DNA of 64,000 bases from Eledone cirrhosa (taxonomy: Eukaryota): assembly GCA_964016885.1 (NCBI GenBank), contig OZ024766.1, positions 21,018,001 through 21,082,000 of the forward strand, written 5' to 3'. Below the pieces are notes generated by a model, which had not been told where the DNA came from, did not search any database, and saw nothing but the letters and a program-made list of their open reading frames with translations. Positions 35,704-51,595 of this stretch are shown piece after piece. Within the stretch, counting starts at the first letter, position 1; each line of letters begins with the position of its first letter. Made by a program: the position numbers and the translations under genes.

Positions 35704-36145
35704 AAAGTTATATTTAAATTGTTGGGTTACAACTAGTAAATATTTATAACTGATATAAAAGCACTCAACAAGTATTTGGAGTATATATACAATATTAAAT
35801 AAATGGAAACTATATTTATAAAACCATATTTATTTCATTATATATATTTCAGGGATATCATATTAACAATATGCTATGCCTTCCTCAGACAAAATACAAT
35901 ATAAACAGTTTTATAGATAAATAGATTTGACATACCGTAACAACATCGACTTGTATTTGAAAACTGCCAATTCAACTTTTCAAATGCAAGTCGATGTTGT
36001 ACGGTATGTCAAATCTATTTATCTATAAAACTGTTTATATTGTATTTTGTCTGAGGAAGGCATAGCATATTGTTAATATGATATCCCCGAAATATATATA
36101 ATGAAATAAATATGGTTTTATAAATATAGTTTCCATTTATTTAAT

Positions 36146-36151
<6 letters not shown>
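35701..36151. mobile_element. Family-B palindromic Penelope-like element with hammerhead motifs on both arms
   Basis: About 175-bp inverted arms centred near 35970; CTGAGGA (36051)...cGAAA (36089)-tata-TA-taa; flanked by (TA)n. Confidence 0.7.
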
Positions 36152-36187
<36 letters not shown>

Positions 36188-36420
36188 TGTAATAAACAAC
36201 ATAAGGCAATTATTCCATTTACCAGTGGTTTCTTAAAAGCAAAAAAATGTTGCTTTCAATCATCAGAATGAAAAAATCCTGGCGTATTTATTGACGTTGG
36301 ATTTTTTCTTTTTTCCTGGACTTTTCCGACGGAATTACTTCATTTACACATATATATACTTCATTTACACACACATATATATATATACACACATATACAC
36401 TCACACACACATATATATAT

Positions 36421-36711
36421 AACAAAGGAAATGTGGTAAGGAACCAGGTGGACCAGAACGCACCAAAGTACTCGATACTTAGGGTAGTAGAGTGGGTAAT
36501 AGGAACGAGTAGGACCCCGACGGCTGAGCTCAAGCCGTTTCGACGGCTAATTCTGGACTAGACGGCAAATTCTTAGTCCAGAATTAGCCGTCAAAGCGGC
36601 TTGAGCTCATCCGTCGGGGTCCTACTCGTTCCTATTACCCACTCTACTACCCTAAGTATTGAGTACTTTGGTGCGTTATGGTCCACCTGGTTCCTTACCA
36701 CATTTCCTTCG

Positions 36712-36713
<2 letters not shown>
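36421..36713. mobile_element. Family-A full palindrome (about 140-bp arms) in (TA)n
   Basis: Near-perfect inverted repeat around a 13-nt spacer gacggcaaattct (36561-36573). Confidence 0.75.
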
Positions 36714-36750
<37 letters not shown>

Positions 36751-36949
36751 GGAAAAATTTGAACAGGAACAAAACAGAGAGGCAGTACAACGAATGTTTA
36801 TTAATTTCACGCTCTGGAGAGTGGGGTGGTGGTGGGGAACGACGTTTCGGGCATAAGCCCTTCCTCGGGTGAGAAGTGTGTGGGAACAGAGTTCAAAGGG
36901 TGTGTAGGGGAGTGGTGGAGAGACTTTAAATATATATATATATATATAT

Positions 36950-37235
36950 ATGGAAAGTTATATTTAAATTGTTGGGTTACAACGAGTAAATATTTATAAC
37001 TGATATAAAAGCACTCGACAAATATTTGGAGTATATTTACAATATTAACTGCCAGCTCAACCTCTCCAAATGCAAGTCGGTGTTGTTACGGTATGTCGAA
37101 TCTATTTATCTATAAAACTGTTTATATTGTATTTTGTCTGAGGAAGGCATAGCATATTGTTAATATGATATCCCCGAAATATATATAATGAAATAAATAT
37201 GGTTTTATAAATATAGTTTCCATTTATTTAATATT
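36950..37235. mobile_element. Family-B Penelope-like element, second local copy
   Basis: Matches 35701-35797 and 35975-36151; hammerhead core at 37138-37188. Confidence 0.7.
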
Positions 37236-37258
37236 GTATATATATATGTATATATATG

Positions 37259-37291
<33 letters not shown>

Positions 37292-37306
37292 GTATGTATA
37301 TATATG

Positions 37307-37337
<31 letters not shown>

Positions 37338-37346
37338 GTATATATG

Positions 37347-37391
<45 letters not shown>

Positions 37392-37408
37392 GTATATATA
37401 TATATATG

Positions 37409-37440
<32 letters not shown>

Positions 37441-37546
37441 TTTAATGGTTAAAGAAGGTTCAATGAATAAATCAAAGAATAAGTTTTACAATAGATTGGA
37501 AGCACTCAACAGTTAAAAGGTTTTCCGGAGTTTTTAATATTAATTC

Positions 37547-38015
37547 AAAATATTAACAAAAATAGACAATTCTTGTGACCAAATATATTTTATTATACAT
37601 ATTTCAGAGGTACTGAGTTAACTTCAACAGTACGTCCTCATCAGATAAAATAAGATGATGCATGACATAGCCTGACATAGTAGATGGTTAAGATTCAGTC
37701 ATGGTGGTGAGTAAGTTATGACAAAACTCAATATTTATACCCTAATATTGAGAACATGAGAAAAATAAATAATTGTTTCTACTTTAGGCACAAGGCCAGC
37801 AAATTAACCAGTGCATTACTGGTACTTTATTTTATCCACCCCGTACGTCCTCATCAGATACTATGACTGAATCTTAACCATCTACTATGTCAGGGTATGT
37901 CATGCATCATCTTATTTTATCTGATGAGGACGTACTGTTGAAGATAGCTCAGTACCTCTGAAATATGTATAATGAAATATATTTGATCACAAGAATTGTC
38001 TATTTTTGTTAATAT
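37547..38015. mobile_element. Palindromic Penelope-like element with hammerhead motifs, arms separated by a SINE tail
   Basis: Arms about 37547-37702 and 37862-38015; CTGATGA-ggacgtactg..cagtacctct-GAAA-tatg-TA at 37921-37969 and its inverse at 37593-37644. Confidence 0.7.
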
Positions 38016-38059
38016 TTATATCTAGAGAGAGAGATAGATGTATATCTGTATATCTTACA

Positions 38060-38064
38060 TTCCA

Positions 38065-38095
<31 letters not shown>

Positions 38096-38219
38096 CCTCT
38101 CTCACTCTCTCTCACCCTCTCTCTCACACACTCTCTCTCTCTCTCACTCTCTCACCCTCTCTCTCTCCCTCTCACTCTCTCACTCTCTCTCACCCTCTCT
38201 CTCACACACTCTCTCTCTC

Positions 38220-38261
<42 letters not shown>

Positions 38262-38503
38262 CCTCTCTCTCTCCATCTCCCCCTCTCTCTCTCCCCCCTC
38301 TCTCTCCCCCTCTCTCTCTCCCTCTCTCTCTCTCTCTCTCCCTCTCTCTCTCTCTCCCTCACTCTCCCCCTCTCTCCCCCTCTCTCTCTCTCTCTCTCCC
38401 TCTCACTCTCTCACTCTCTCTCACCCTCTCTCTCACACACTCTCTCTCTCTCACTCTCTCACCCTCTCTCTCTCACCCTCTCTCCCCCTCTCTCTCCCCC
38501 CCC

Positions 38504-38520
<17 letters not shown>
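38060..38520. repeat. (CT)n polypyrimidine tract
   Basis: Visible directly. Confidence 0.95.
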
Positions 38521-38537
<17 letters not shown>

Positions 38538-39142
38538 GTCCTCTTGTCATAATAATTGGACAAACCTACCTCGGAGTAAAGGTCAACCATAATTGAACAA
38601 AGGACCCCATCACAACCACCCTTCAGGCACCATTACCCCCCCCCCCCAACCCCCCGCCCCCCACCCCGTCCGTCCCCCCCGCACCACACTTCCTGTTGAT
38701 ATTTTGCATACTTTGCAGAAATCTTTTTTTTTTTTATGACAACGACATAACAATTCATCTTAACCCCCCCCCCGCCCCAACCCATCCCCACGGACGTGTC
38801 ATTACCTCCATCACCCCCACCCCCCACCGTCCCTGGTCCCTTACGCAACCCCCCCCCCCGGAGCCCCCCCCCGACACAGTACACACACCCACTGGGTCTT
38901 AGAAAGGGAGAGAGGTTATGGGGGGGGGGGGGGGGCTGAAACAGTACCACATACAACAACAACAACAGTAACAACAACAGTAAAAACAAAAAACGGGTGG
39001 TTTGGAACATAACTTAACAAAGGTTCTTACATAAAATTATGATGGAAGGTTTTTAGATAAATATAAACACTTTAATCCTTTCATTACCATATTTCTAATG
39101 GAGCATAACTTAACAAAGGTTCTTAAAGAAAATTATGATAAA

Positions 39143-41350
39143 ATGTGATGTAGTCTTAGTTTTGTACTAAATGTTTATAGTATCTTTACTGGTGGACAGA
39201 TTGTTGTGAATATTTACAGTATTACAGTAAAGACTTTAATATATAATGTGATGTAGTCATAGTGTTGTTTTGTACTAAATGTTTATAGTATCTTTACTGG
39301 TGGACAGATTGTTGTGAATATTTACAGTATTACAGTAAAGACTTTAATATTTAATGTGATGTAGTCATAGTGTTGTTTTGTACTAAATGTTTATAGTATC
39401 TTTACTGGTGGACAGATTGTTGTGAATATTTACAGTATAACAGTAAAGACTTTAATATTTAATGTGATGTAGTCATAGTGTTGTTTTGTACTAAATGTTT
39501 ATAGTATCTTTACTGGTGGACAGACTGTTGTGTATATTTACAGTATTACAGTAAAGACTTTAATATTTAATGTGATGTAGTCATAGTGTTGTTTTGTACT
39601 AAATGTTTATAGTATCTTTACTGGTGGACAGATTGTTGTGAATATTTACAGTATAACAGTAAAGACTTTAATATTTAATGTGATGTAGTCATAGTGTTGT
39701 TTTGTACTAAATGTTTATAGTATCTTTACTGGTGGACAGACTGTTGTGTATATTTACAGTATTACAGTAAAGACTTTAATATTTAATGTGATGTAGTCAT
39801 AGTGTTGTTTTCTACTAAATGTTTATAGTATCTTTACTGGTGGACAGACTGTTGTGTATATTTACAGTATTACAGTAAAGACTTTAATATTTAATGTGAT
39901 GCAGTCATAGTGTTGTTTTGTACTAAATGTTTATAGTATCTTTACTGGTGGACAGATTGTTGTGAATATTTACAGTATTACAGTAAAGACTTTAATATTT
40001 AATGTGATGTAGTCATAGTGTTGTTTTGTACTAAATGTTTATAGTATCTTTACTGGTGGACAGATTGTTGTGAATATTTACAGTATTACAGTAAAGACTT
40101 TAATATATAATGTGATGTAGTCATAGTGTTGTTTTGTACTAAATGTTTATAGTATCTTTACTGGTGGACAGATTGTTGTGAATATTTACAGTATTACAGT
40201 AAAGACTTTAATATTTAATGTGATGTAGTCATAGTGTTGTTTTTACTAAATGTTTATAGTATCTTTACTGGTGGACAGATTGTTGTGAATATTTACAGTA
40301 TTACAGTAAAGACTTTAATATTTAATGTGATGTAGTCATAGTGTTGTTTTGTACTAAATGTTTATAGTATCTTTACTGGTGGACAGATTGTTGTGTATAT
40401 TTACAGTATTACAGTAAAGACTTTAATATTTAATGTGATGTAGTCATAGTGTTGTTTTGTACTAAATGTTTATAGTATCTTTACTGGTGGACAGATTGTT
40501 GTGAATATTTACAGTATTACAGTAAAGACTTTAATATTTAATGTGATGTAGTCATAGTGTTGTTTTTGTACTAAATGTTTATAGTATCTTTACTGGTGGA
40601 CAGATTGTTGTGAATATTTACAGTATTACAGTAAAGACTTTAATATTTAATGTGATGTAGTCATAGTGTTGTTTCGTACTAAATGTTTATAGTATCTTTA
40701 CTGGTAGACAGATTGTTGTGAATATTTACAGTATTACAGTAAAGACTTTAATATTTAATGTGATGTAGTCATAGTGTTGTTTTCTACTAAATGTTTATAG
40801 TATCTTTACTGGTGGACAGATTGTTGTGAATATTTACAGTATTACAGTAAAGACTTTAATATTTAATGTGATGTAGTCATAGTGTTGTTTTGTACTAAAT
40901 GTTTATAGTATCTTTACTGGTGGACAGATTGTTGTGAATATTTACAGTATTACAGTAAAGACTTTAATATTTAATGTGATGTAGTCATAGTGTTGTTTCG
41001 TACTAAATGTTTATAGTATCTTTACTGGTAGACAGATTGTTGTGAATATTTACAGTATTACAGTAAAGACTTTAATATTTAATGTGATGTAGTCATAGTG
41101 TTGTTTTCTACTAAATGTTTATAGTATCTTTACTGGTGGACAGATTGTTGTGAATATTTACAGTATTACAGTAAAGACTTTAATATTTAATGTGATGTAG
41201 TCATAGTGTTGTTTTGTACTAAATGTTTATAGTATCTTTACTGGTGGACAGATTGTTGTGAATATTTACAATATTACAGTAAAGACTTTAATATTTAATG
41301 TGATGTAGTCATAGTGTTGTTTTGTACTAAATGTTTATAGTATCTTTACT
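39143..41350. repeat. 108-bp AT-rich satellite, about 20 copies
   Basis: Unit aatgtgatgtagtcatagtgttgttttgtactaaatg...agactttaatatt; period 108 (39245 to 39353). Confidence 0.96.
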
Positions 41351-41537
41351 ACCTAAACAATCATATGTAAACACCACAAATTTGTAGTAGGATTCAATTT
41401 AATTTGATTGAAAGAATCAAATATTTGGGATCCTAGATTAATATATAACACATTCAATGAAACACGTGTTAGTGTTATGCAATACATATTATTCCTACTC
41501 TTCTGGAATGTGGTGTTTTAAATAATAAATTTGTAAA

Positions 41538-41711
<174 letters not shown>

Positions 41712-42145
41712 ACAGTTCATACCACAGGCTTAGGCATTTCCTGTTGCCAATGGTTCTATGTTTCATGACTAAATAGGTCATCATCATCAGCATAATCATC
41801 ATCAGAAACATCACCACCACCACCACCAGCACCACCACCAACAACAACAACACCACTACACCACCAACACCACCACCACCATCCCAACACCTCCAACACC
41901 ACCACCACCATCCCACCACCACCACCGCCACCGCCACCGCCTCCGCCTCCACCACCACCATCGCCACTACCACCACCACCACCACCACCACCACCACCTC
42001 CATCAAGGACACTTGACTGACCAACTTTCAACAATGTGGTCACTTTACAAAAGGCCTAGTGGCCTACATAACATATCTTAGACCACACCGCCCGCTTTTC
42101 TCTACACCACACCACACCACAGACAGACATATATATATATACACA

Positions 42146-42705
42146 TGGTGGCTGCCAACTCGTTTTCGAGTACGGCCACTACTTTATATCCATGTAGGAG
42201 AACCCCTACCGATGCGCTGAACGAGTGTGACTTTTTAGTCCAGCCAGCGACTTGAAAACTCTGGTACAAACACTACACTTGTGACAATTATTGACACATA
42301 GTGCTGGGCCCATGGTACCCTGTGACGACAAGGGCAGAGAGATATCCAGATATAAAGCAATGCCTGTGCCGTGAAGCTTTTATAGTGAGCAAAGGCACTG
42401 CACAAAGCCAGTCCCACTCTCTTAACCAAGATGATATTTACCAAAAAGAAGAACAAGTCAACATCATTGGATACCATCAGGGTTGCAGGTGTTATATCAG
42501 AGTTTTCCTTCTCCTAGAATTCTGCCTTGACAAAGGCTAAGGGGTCATCTCTCCCGGTGATTTTGGATGGCCATTGACTCTTAAGAGCTCCTTTGCCCTT
42601 TGACAGGTTTGTTTTTAGTCCTGCAGGATGTCCAAAGTCACCCTCCTCACCAAGAAACCTTGGTGGGGTTGCCAGTTTAGTCGCCAACGACCCGACCATG
42701 AGACA
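42146..42705 (+). mobile_element. Dispersed repeat (longest copy of the 11630/29614 family)
   Basis: Matches both other copies. Confidence 0.75.
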
Positions 42706-42826
42706 TACATATATACACACATACATATATATCGTAGACCACATCACCTCTTTCCCTACACCACACCATACACACACATATATATATATACACAGACACA
42801 CACACATATATATATATATATATACC

Positions 42827-43345
42827 ATCATCACCGTTTTACGTCCATTCTTCCACGCTAGCATGGGTTAGACGGGTTGTCCTGTTGTGGGCAGTGTCTG
42901 GTCGGCTGACCTTGTCTTGCTCATACAGGAACTGATTTTGGCTTGATTTCTACAGCTGGATGCCCTTCCTAACACCAACCTCATTTACAGTGAGTGCTGG
43001 GTGCTTTTTTGCCGTGGCACCTCCACGACCACTTTACAGTGAGTGCTGGGTGCTTTTTTGCCGTGGCACCTCCATGACCACTTTACAGTGAGTGCTGGGT
43101 GCTTTTTTGCCGTGGCACCTCCACGACCACTTTACAGTGAGTGCTGGGTGCTTTTTTGCCGTGGCACCTCCACGACCACTTTACAGTGAGTGGTGGGTGC
43201 TTTTTCCGTGGCGCCTACACGTCCACTTTACAGTGTGGGCTGGGTGCTTTTTTTGCCGTGGCACCTCCATGTCCACCTTGCAGTGGAAGAGTGTGAGGGC
43301 ATATTGTCTATATGCTTCAGCTTGTACCCATGGGAGGTTGGGTAC
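42827..43345 (-). mobile_element. SINE-like element with an internal 49-bp tandem repeat (about 5 copies)
   Basis: ccacgaccactttacagtgagtgctgggtgcttttttgccgtggcacct is repeated next to the gctggatgcccttcctaac core. Confidence 0.75.
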
Positions 43346-43359
43346 TCTGTATTATTGCG

Positions 43360-43397
<38 letters not shown>

Positions 43398-43399
43398 AG

Positions 43400-43560
43400 A
43401 TCAAAAGATGGTTAAAAGAGTTCCAAGTATTTTATTATGCGCATTTCAAAAACAAATATCATCATGGGATGATATTTGCGTTCTCATCAGATAAAATAGG
43501 GAGACATGATATGAAGCTTAAAAAACACTTGTGAGTAGTGAAGTGTTAAATCAACCTCTT
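43400..43560 (-). mobile_element. Penelope-like terminal fragment with a degenerate hammerhead
   Basis: Minus: ttat-CTGATGA-gaacgcaaatatcatc..gatgatatttgttttt-GAAA-tgcg-CA-taa; related end at 56855-56907. Confidence 0.5.
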
Positions 43561-43679
43561 ACATATATATATATATATATAAATATAGATCTTTGGCGCT
43601 ACACAGTAATACAGAAGACCCGCCTTACCTAAGTACAAAGTGAAACCTACTACAGTCAGTAGGCACCTCTAACAAAATA

Positions 43680-44675
43680 CACCCCCGTCCCACTACCCCC
43701 AACCCATCCACACCACCCCTTTCAATGTAAAGTTATGTTTGTACCACAACATCCAGCCCGAAACAAATGAGGTCGTGTAGGTGTCACGACAAAAAAACAC
43801 GCAGTCCACACTGTAATGTGGCCGTGTAGGTAACACGGTAAAAACCTCCCAGTTCCACACTGTAAACGTGGTTGGTGTTAGGAAGGGCATCCAGCCGTAG
43901 AAAACCCACCAGAGGTGTAGGTGTCACGACAAAAAAACACACGGTCCACGCTGTAATGTGGCCGTGTAGGTAACACGGTAAAAACCTCCCAGTTCCACAC
44001 TGTAAACGTGGTTGGTGTTAGGAAGGGCATCCAGCTGTAGAAAACCCACCAGACGTGTAGGTGTCACAACAAAAAAACACACAGTCCACATTGTAATGTG
44101 GCCGTGTAGGTAACACGGTAAAAACCTCCCAGCCCCACACTGTAAACGTGGTTGGTGTTAGGAAGGGCATCCAGCCATAGAAAACCCGCCAGACGGTTAG
44201 GTGTCACGACAAAAAAAAACACACAGTCCACGCTGTAATGTGACCGTGTAGGTAACACGGTAAAAACCTCCCAGTTCCACACTGTAAACGTGGTTGGTGT
44301 TAGGAAGGGCACCCAGCCGTAGAAAACCCGCCAGACAGTCCACGCTGTAATGTGGCCGTGTAGGTAACACGGTAAAAACCTCCCAGTTCCACACTGTAAA
44401 CGTGGTTGGTGTTAGGAAGGGCATCCAGACGTAGAAAACCCGCCAGACAGTCCACGCTGTAATGTGGCCGTGTAGGTAACACGGTAAAAACCTCCCAGTT
44501 CCACACTGTAAACGTGGTTGGTGTTAGGAAGGGCACCCAGCCGTAGAAAACCCGCCAGACAGTCCTATGCGAGCAGGACAACCACTCTTGCCTCAAGTGG
44601 GAAAATTCCCGTCCAGACCCATGCAAGCGTGGAAAATGGATGTTAAACGATGATGATGATGATGATGATGATGAT
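43680..44675 (+). mobile_element. SINE-like element with 112/133-bp internal tandem repeats and a (GAT)n tail
   Basis: About 6 units containing gttggtgttaggaagggcatccagc; an inverted relative lies at 52167-52860. Confidence 0.8.
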
Positions 44676-44940
44676 ATATATATATGTTAGAAGTTAGAAG
44701 ACCAAAACAATGCAGGATTGGAAATAGAATGTATATCCAGTGTCTGCAAGGTCTTGCATGACTTTGCAATCCAGGTCACACACTGGATTAACCCCCTTTA
44801 CTTTCCTCTCCTCAGACAAAGAGATATTATCTCGAAATATCAGGATATGTGAATAAATTATGATGAAAGACTAATTGTCTGTGTGTTATCTTTTAGATTT
44901 ATATTCTGTCTACAAACCTGCGTTGTTTTGTTCTTCTAAC

Positions 44941-44988
<48 letters not shown>

Positions 44989-45093
44989 GAATAAAACAAT
45001 GAAACAGTTCCTTATATTAAACAAAAAAAGTTCATTATTTAACGATCGTTTCTAGGACATATATGTGTTAGAATGGCATGCATATTCAACAGA

Positions 45094-45205
<112 letters not shown>

Positions 45206-45303
45206 CATATATATATACATATATATATACATATATATATATATATACATATATATATACATATATATATACATATATATATATATATACATATATATAT
45301 ATT

Positions 45304-45352
<49 letters not shown>

Positions 45353-45369
45353 ATATTTATATATATATT

Positions 45370-45400
<31 letters not shown>

Positions 45401-45547
45401 ATATATATGTAGATAAATCTACCAAGAGTTTACGGTAGTGTCCAATCCGTATGAAGAACTCAATGTATTCCGGATATCATGGAAAGAAGAAATGTAATGA
45501 AAAATCACTTTCGGTGAAAGATAAACGGTATACAGAGTCAAGATAAA

Positions 45548-45950
45548 ATATTAAACAAATAATGAATAAACAATTCCTTATATTAAACAAAAAAAGTTCA
45601 TTATTTAACGATCGTTTCTAGGATATATATGTGTTAGAGTTGGCATGCATATTCAACAGATCTATGTACAAAATTATACAAAATTATACAAACTATCAAG
45701 ATTAAATATACATACCAACACATATATACGCCGTCTTCAGAAATAATCATTATTTCTGAAGACGGCGTATATATGTGTTGGTATGTATATTTAATCTTGA
45801 TAGTTTGTATAATTTTGTATAATTTTGTACATAGATCTGTTGAATATGCATGCCAACTCTAACACATATATATCCTAGAAACGATCGTTAAATAATGAAC
45901 TTTTTTTGTTTAATATAAGGAATTGTTTATTCATTATTTGTTTAATATTT
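45548..45950. mobile_element. About 200-bp-arm perfect palindrome carrying an extended hammerhead ribozyme
   Basis: Axis at 45748. Right arm reads attattt-CTGAAGA-...-GAAA-cgatcg-TT-aaataat (45749-45896). A partial direct copy lies at about 44983-45095. Confidence 0.75.
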
Positions 45951-45981
<31 letters not shown>

Positions 45982-46023
45982 TTATATATATATATTTATA
46001 TATATATTTATATATATATTTAC

Positions 46024-46075
<52 letters not shown>

Positions 46076-46081
46076 TTATAA

Positions 46082-46116
<35 letters not shown>

Positions 46117-46117
46117 A

Positions 46118-46160
<43 letters not shown>

Positions 46161-46243
46161 TATATATAATATATATATAAATATTATATATTATATATAT
46201 ATAAATATATATATAAATATATATATATATATGTGTATATATG

Positions 46244-46642
<399 letters not shown>

Positions 46643-46647
46643 TATAT

Positions 46648-46976
<329 letters not shown>

Positions 46977-47008
46977 CATTATATATATATATATATATAT
47001 TTATATAC

Positions 47009-47096
<88 letters not shown>

Positions 47097-47248
47097 TGTG
47101 TGTTGTGTGTACACACAGAACTATCCAATTATATTGTAGTAAATATACAGATTTAGGGCATGAAAGAGGTGACTCAGTGCATTCTGAGCCCAAGAGTACC
47201 CCTGTTTTAGAGTACATATATATACATACACATATATTTATGTATGTA

Positions 47249-47329
<81 letters not shown>

Positions 47330-47419
47330 TATATATATATATATGTTTATATATATATATATATATATAAACATATATATATATATAAACATATATATAT
47401 ATAAACAAATATATATATA

Positions 47420-47469
<50 letters not shown>

Positions 47470-47693
47470 TATATATATATTTGTTTATATATATATATAT
47501 GTTTATATATATATATATGTTTATATATATATGATATATATATATATATTTATTTTTATACACAGGTTTACATATATATATATATGTTATATATATATAT
47601 ATGTTTATATATATATATTTGTTTATATATATATATATGTTTATATATATATATATATATATGTTTATATATATGTTATATATATATACATAT

Positions 47694-47746
<53 letters not shown>

Positions 47747-47954
47747 TATATATATATATATGTTTATATATATATATTTGTTTATATATATATATGTTTA
47801 TATATATATATGTTTATATATATATATATATATGTTTATATATATATGTTTATATATATATATATGTTTATATATATATATTTGTTTATATATATATATG
47901 TTTATATATATATATATGTTTATATATATATATTATGTTTATATATATATATAT

Positions 47955-47989
<35 letters not shown>

Positions 47990-48059
47990 TATATATACAT
48001 ATGTTTATATATATATAACATATGATTATATATATATATATGTTTATATATATATATAT

Positions 48060-48094
<35 letters not shown>

Positions 48095-48111
48095 TATATA
48101 TATATACATAT

Positions 48112-48205
<94 letters not shown>

Positions 48206-48208
48206 GTT

Positions 48209-48239
<31 letters not shown>

Positions 48240-48240
48240 T

Positions 48241-48277
<37 letters not shown>

Positions 48278-48426
48278 TATATATATATATATATATATGT
48301 TTATATATATATATATATGTTTATATATATATATATACAATATGTTTATATATATATATATATAAATATATATGTTTATATATATATACATATGTTTATA
48401 TATATATATATGTTTATATAATATAT

Positions 48427-48810
48427 TAACAAATGGAAACTATATTTATAAAACCATATTTATTTCATTATACATATGTCAAGGGCCACCAAGGCAGATT
48501 ATGGTGCGCTGTCATCAGATAAAATATAATATAGATTAGTTTATAAATAAATATTGACATACCCTGAAAATGCAACCTTCACCGTTGGATTCTCCCGGAT
48601 AGTTATATTTTATCTGATGAAAGCGCACCATAATCTGCCTTGGTGGCCCTTGAAATATGTATAATGAAATAAATATGGTTTTATAAATATAGTTTCCATT
48701 TGTTAATATATTGTATATTTACTCCAATTAATTTGTTGAGTGCTTTATATCAGTTATAAAAATATTTTGCTTGTTGTATCCCAACAAATTAAATATATAA
48801 CCTCTACATA
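48427..48810. mobile_element. Family-B palindromic element; hammerhead at 48611-48665 (+)
   Basis: Inverted arms; the minus-arm copy has GAAA changed to GACA. Confidence 0.7.
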
Positions 48811-49039
48811 TATGTTTATATATATTTATTAAAATAACAGATTAAAGTTTAAGCAAAGAATCGCTGCTTTCACCTTAACGGGGGTCTTCTGAAACTAAAA
48901 AAAAATCAATCTGTGAACGCAGAAGTAAATATTCCGAAAAACGTTGCAACCGAAGGAAGACAGGAAGATGATACTTTGATTCGTGGAAACGTTCGCTGGC
49001 AATGAAGGGGAAAAAACAAAGACAATATATGTGTGTTTG

Positions 49040-49124
<85 letters not shown>

Positions 49125-49147
49125 GTATGTATATATATATATGTATG

Positions 49148-49193
<46 letters not shown>

Positions 49194-49194
49194 C

Positions 49195-49231
<37 letters not shown>

Positions 49232-49238
49232 CACATAC

Positions 49239-49275
<37 letters not shown>

Positions 49276-49312
49276 CACATACATATATATATATACATTT
49301 ATATATATATAT

Positions 49313-49365
<53 letters not shown>

Positions 49366-49407
49366 TACATATATATATGTATATATATATATATATATAT
49401 ACATATA

Positions 49408-49459
<52 letters not shown>

Positions 49460-49501
49460 TACATATATATATGTATATATATATATATATATATACATAT
49501 A

Positions 49502-49563
<62 letters not shown>

Positions 49564-49570
49564 CACATAC

Positions 49571-49607
<37 letters not shown>

Positions 49608-49631
49608 CACATACATATATATATATACATT

Positions 49632-49685
<54 letters not shown>

Positions 49686-49739
49686 TACATATATATATGT
49701 ATATATATATATATATATATACATATATATATGTATATA

Positions 49740-49775
<36 letters not shown>

Positions 49776-49793
49776 CATATATATTTATATATG

Positions 49794-49825
<32 letters not shown>

Positions 49826-49832
49826 TACATAC

Positions 49833-49866
<34 letters not shown>

Positions 49867-49879
49867 GTATATACATACA

Positions 49880-49911
<32 letters not shown>

Positions 49912-50252
49912 CATACATATATACATACATACATACATATATACATATATAGCAGAAGTCAAAGAGGCCAGCCTATATAAACCACAACCTGTTTATCTGT
50001 CAACAGGTTTTCACCGGTGCCCGCGCACACATCATAACATTTCCTGGTGTCACTGACCGCTGGAGATAACATGGTATGCACACGTGGCAGATTTGCTAGA
50101 AATAGCAGCTTATCTTATCCTCATCTGATCCCTTCTTCGACTAGGGTCATTTCATACTGTTGTTGATGTGGTCCCAGAGTTGATAAGATATATATATGTA
50201 TATATATACATATATATATATATATATGTATATATATATCTGTATATATATG

Positions 50253-50358
<106 letters not shown>

Positions 50359-50380
50359 TGTATGTATACATATATATTTT

Positions 50381-50461
<81 letters not shown>

Positions 50462-50561
50462 GTATATATATGTATATATATGTATATATATGTATGTATA
50501 CATATATATTTATATATATATATTATACATATGTATATATATGTATGTATACATATATATT

Positions 50562-50619
<58 letters not shown>

Positions 50620-50635
50620 TGTATGTATGTATATA

Positions 50636-50716
<81 letters not shown>

Positions 50717-50718
50717 GT

Positions 50719-50784
<66 letters not shown>

Positions 50785-50830
50785 GTATATATATATATAC
50801 ATACATATAGATATATATGTATATATATAT

Positions 50831-50900
<70 letters not shown>

Positions 50901-50954
50901 CATCATCATCATTTTACATCCGCTCTTCCCTGCTTGTAAGGGTGGGACGGGTCT

Positions 50955-50985
<31 letters not shown>

Positions 50986-51012
50986 GTGTGTGTGTGTGTA
51001 TAATATATATAT

Positions 51013-51053
<41 letters not shown>

Positions 51054-51081
51054 CATAGACATATATATACATATATATATG

Positions 51082-51153
<72 letters not shown>

Positions 51154-51263
51154 TATGTGTGTGTGTATATATTAGTATTTATTTTGTTGTACAAATCCAT
51201 GCTGTCAGAAGTGTGTTAATTTATACAGCCTTGTTTATCACAAATATATACATACATATAAAT

Positions 51264-51365
<102 letters not shown>

Positions 51366-51404
51366 GTGTGTATGTATATATATATATATGTATGTATATA
51401 TATG

Positions 51405-51449
<45 letters not shown>

Positions 51450-51512
51450 TCATTCAATATGTTGTCAACATATTTTGTAAGATATATGCAGTGTATATGT
51501 CCATATATGCAG

Positions 51513-51553
<41 letters not shown>

Positions 51554-51555
51554 AC

Positions 51556-51595
<40 letters not shown>

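Noticed and set aside
36835-36872. Hammerhead-like CCGAGGA-agggc-ttat-gccc-GAAA on the minus strand
   Set aside because: The core has a U-to-C change and stem I does not pair; at best a dead relic, so not listed as a feature.
38560-38600. MVDLYSE|gtaggt as the protease first exon
   Set aside because: The phase fits but there is no signal peptide or other support.
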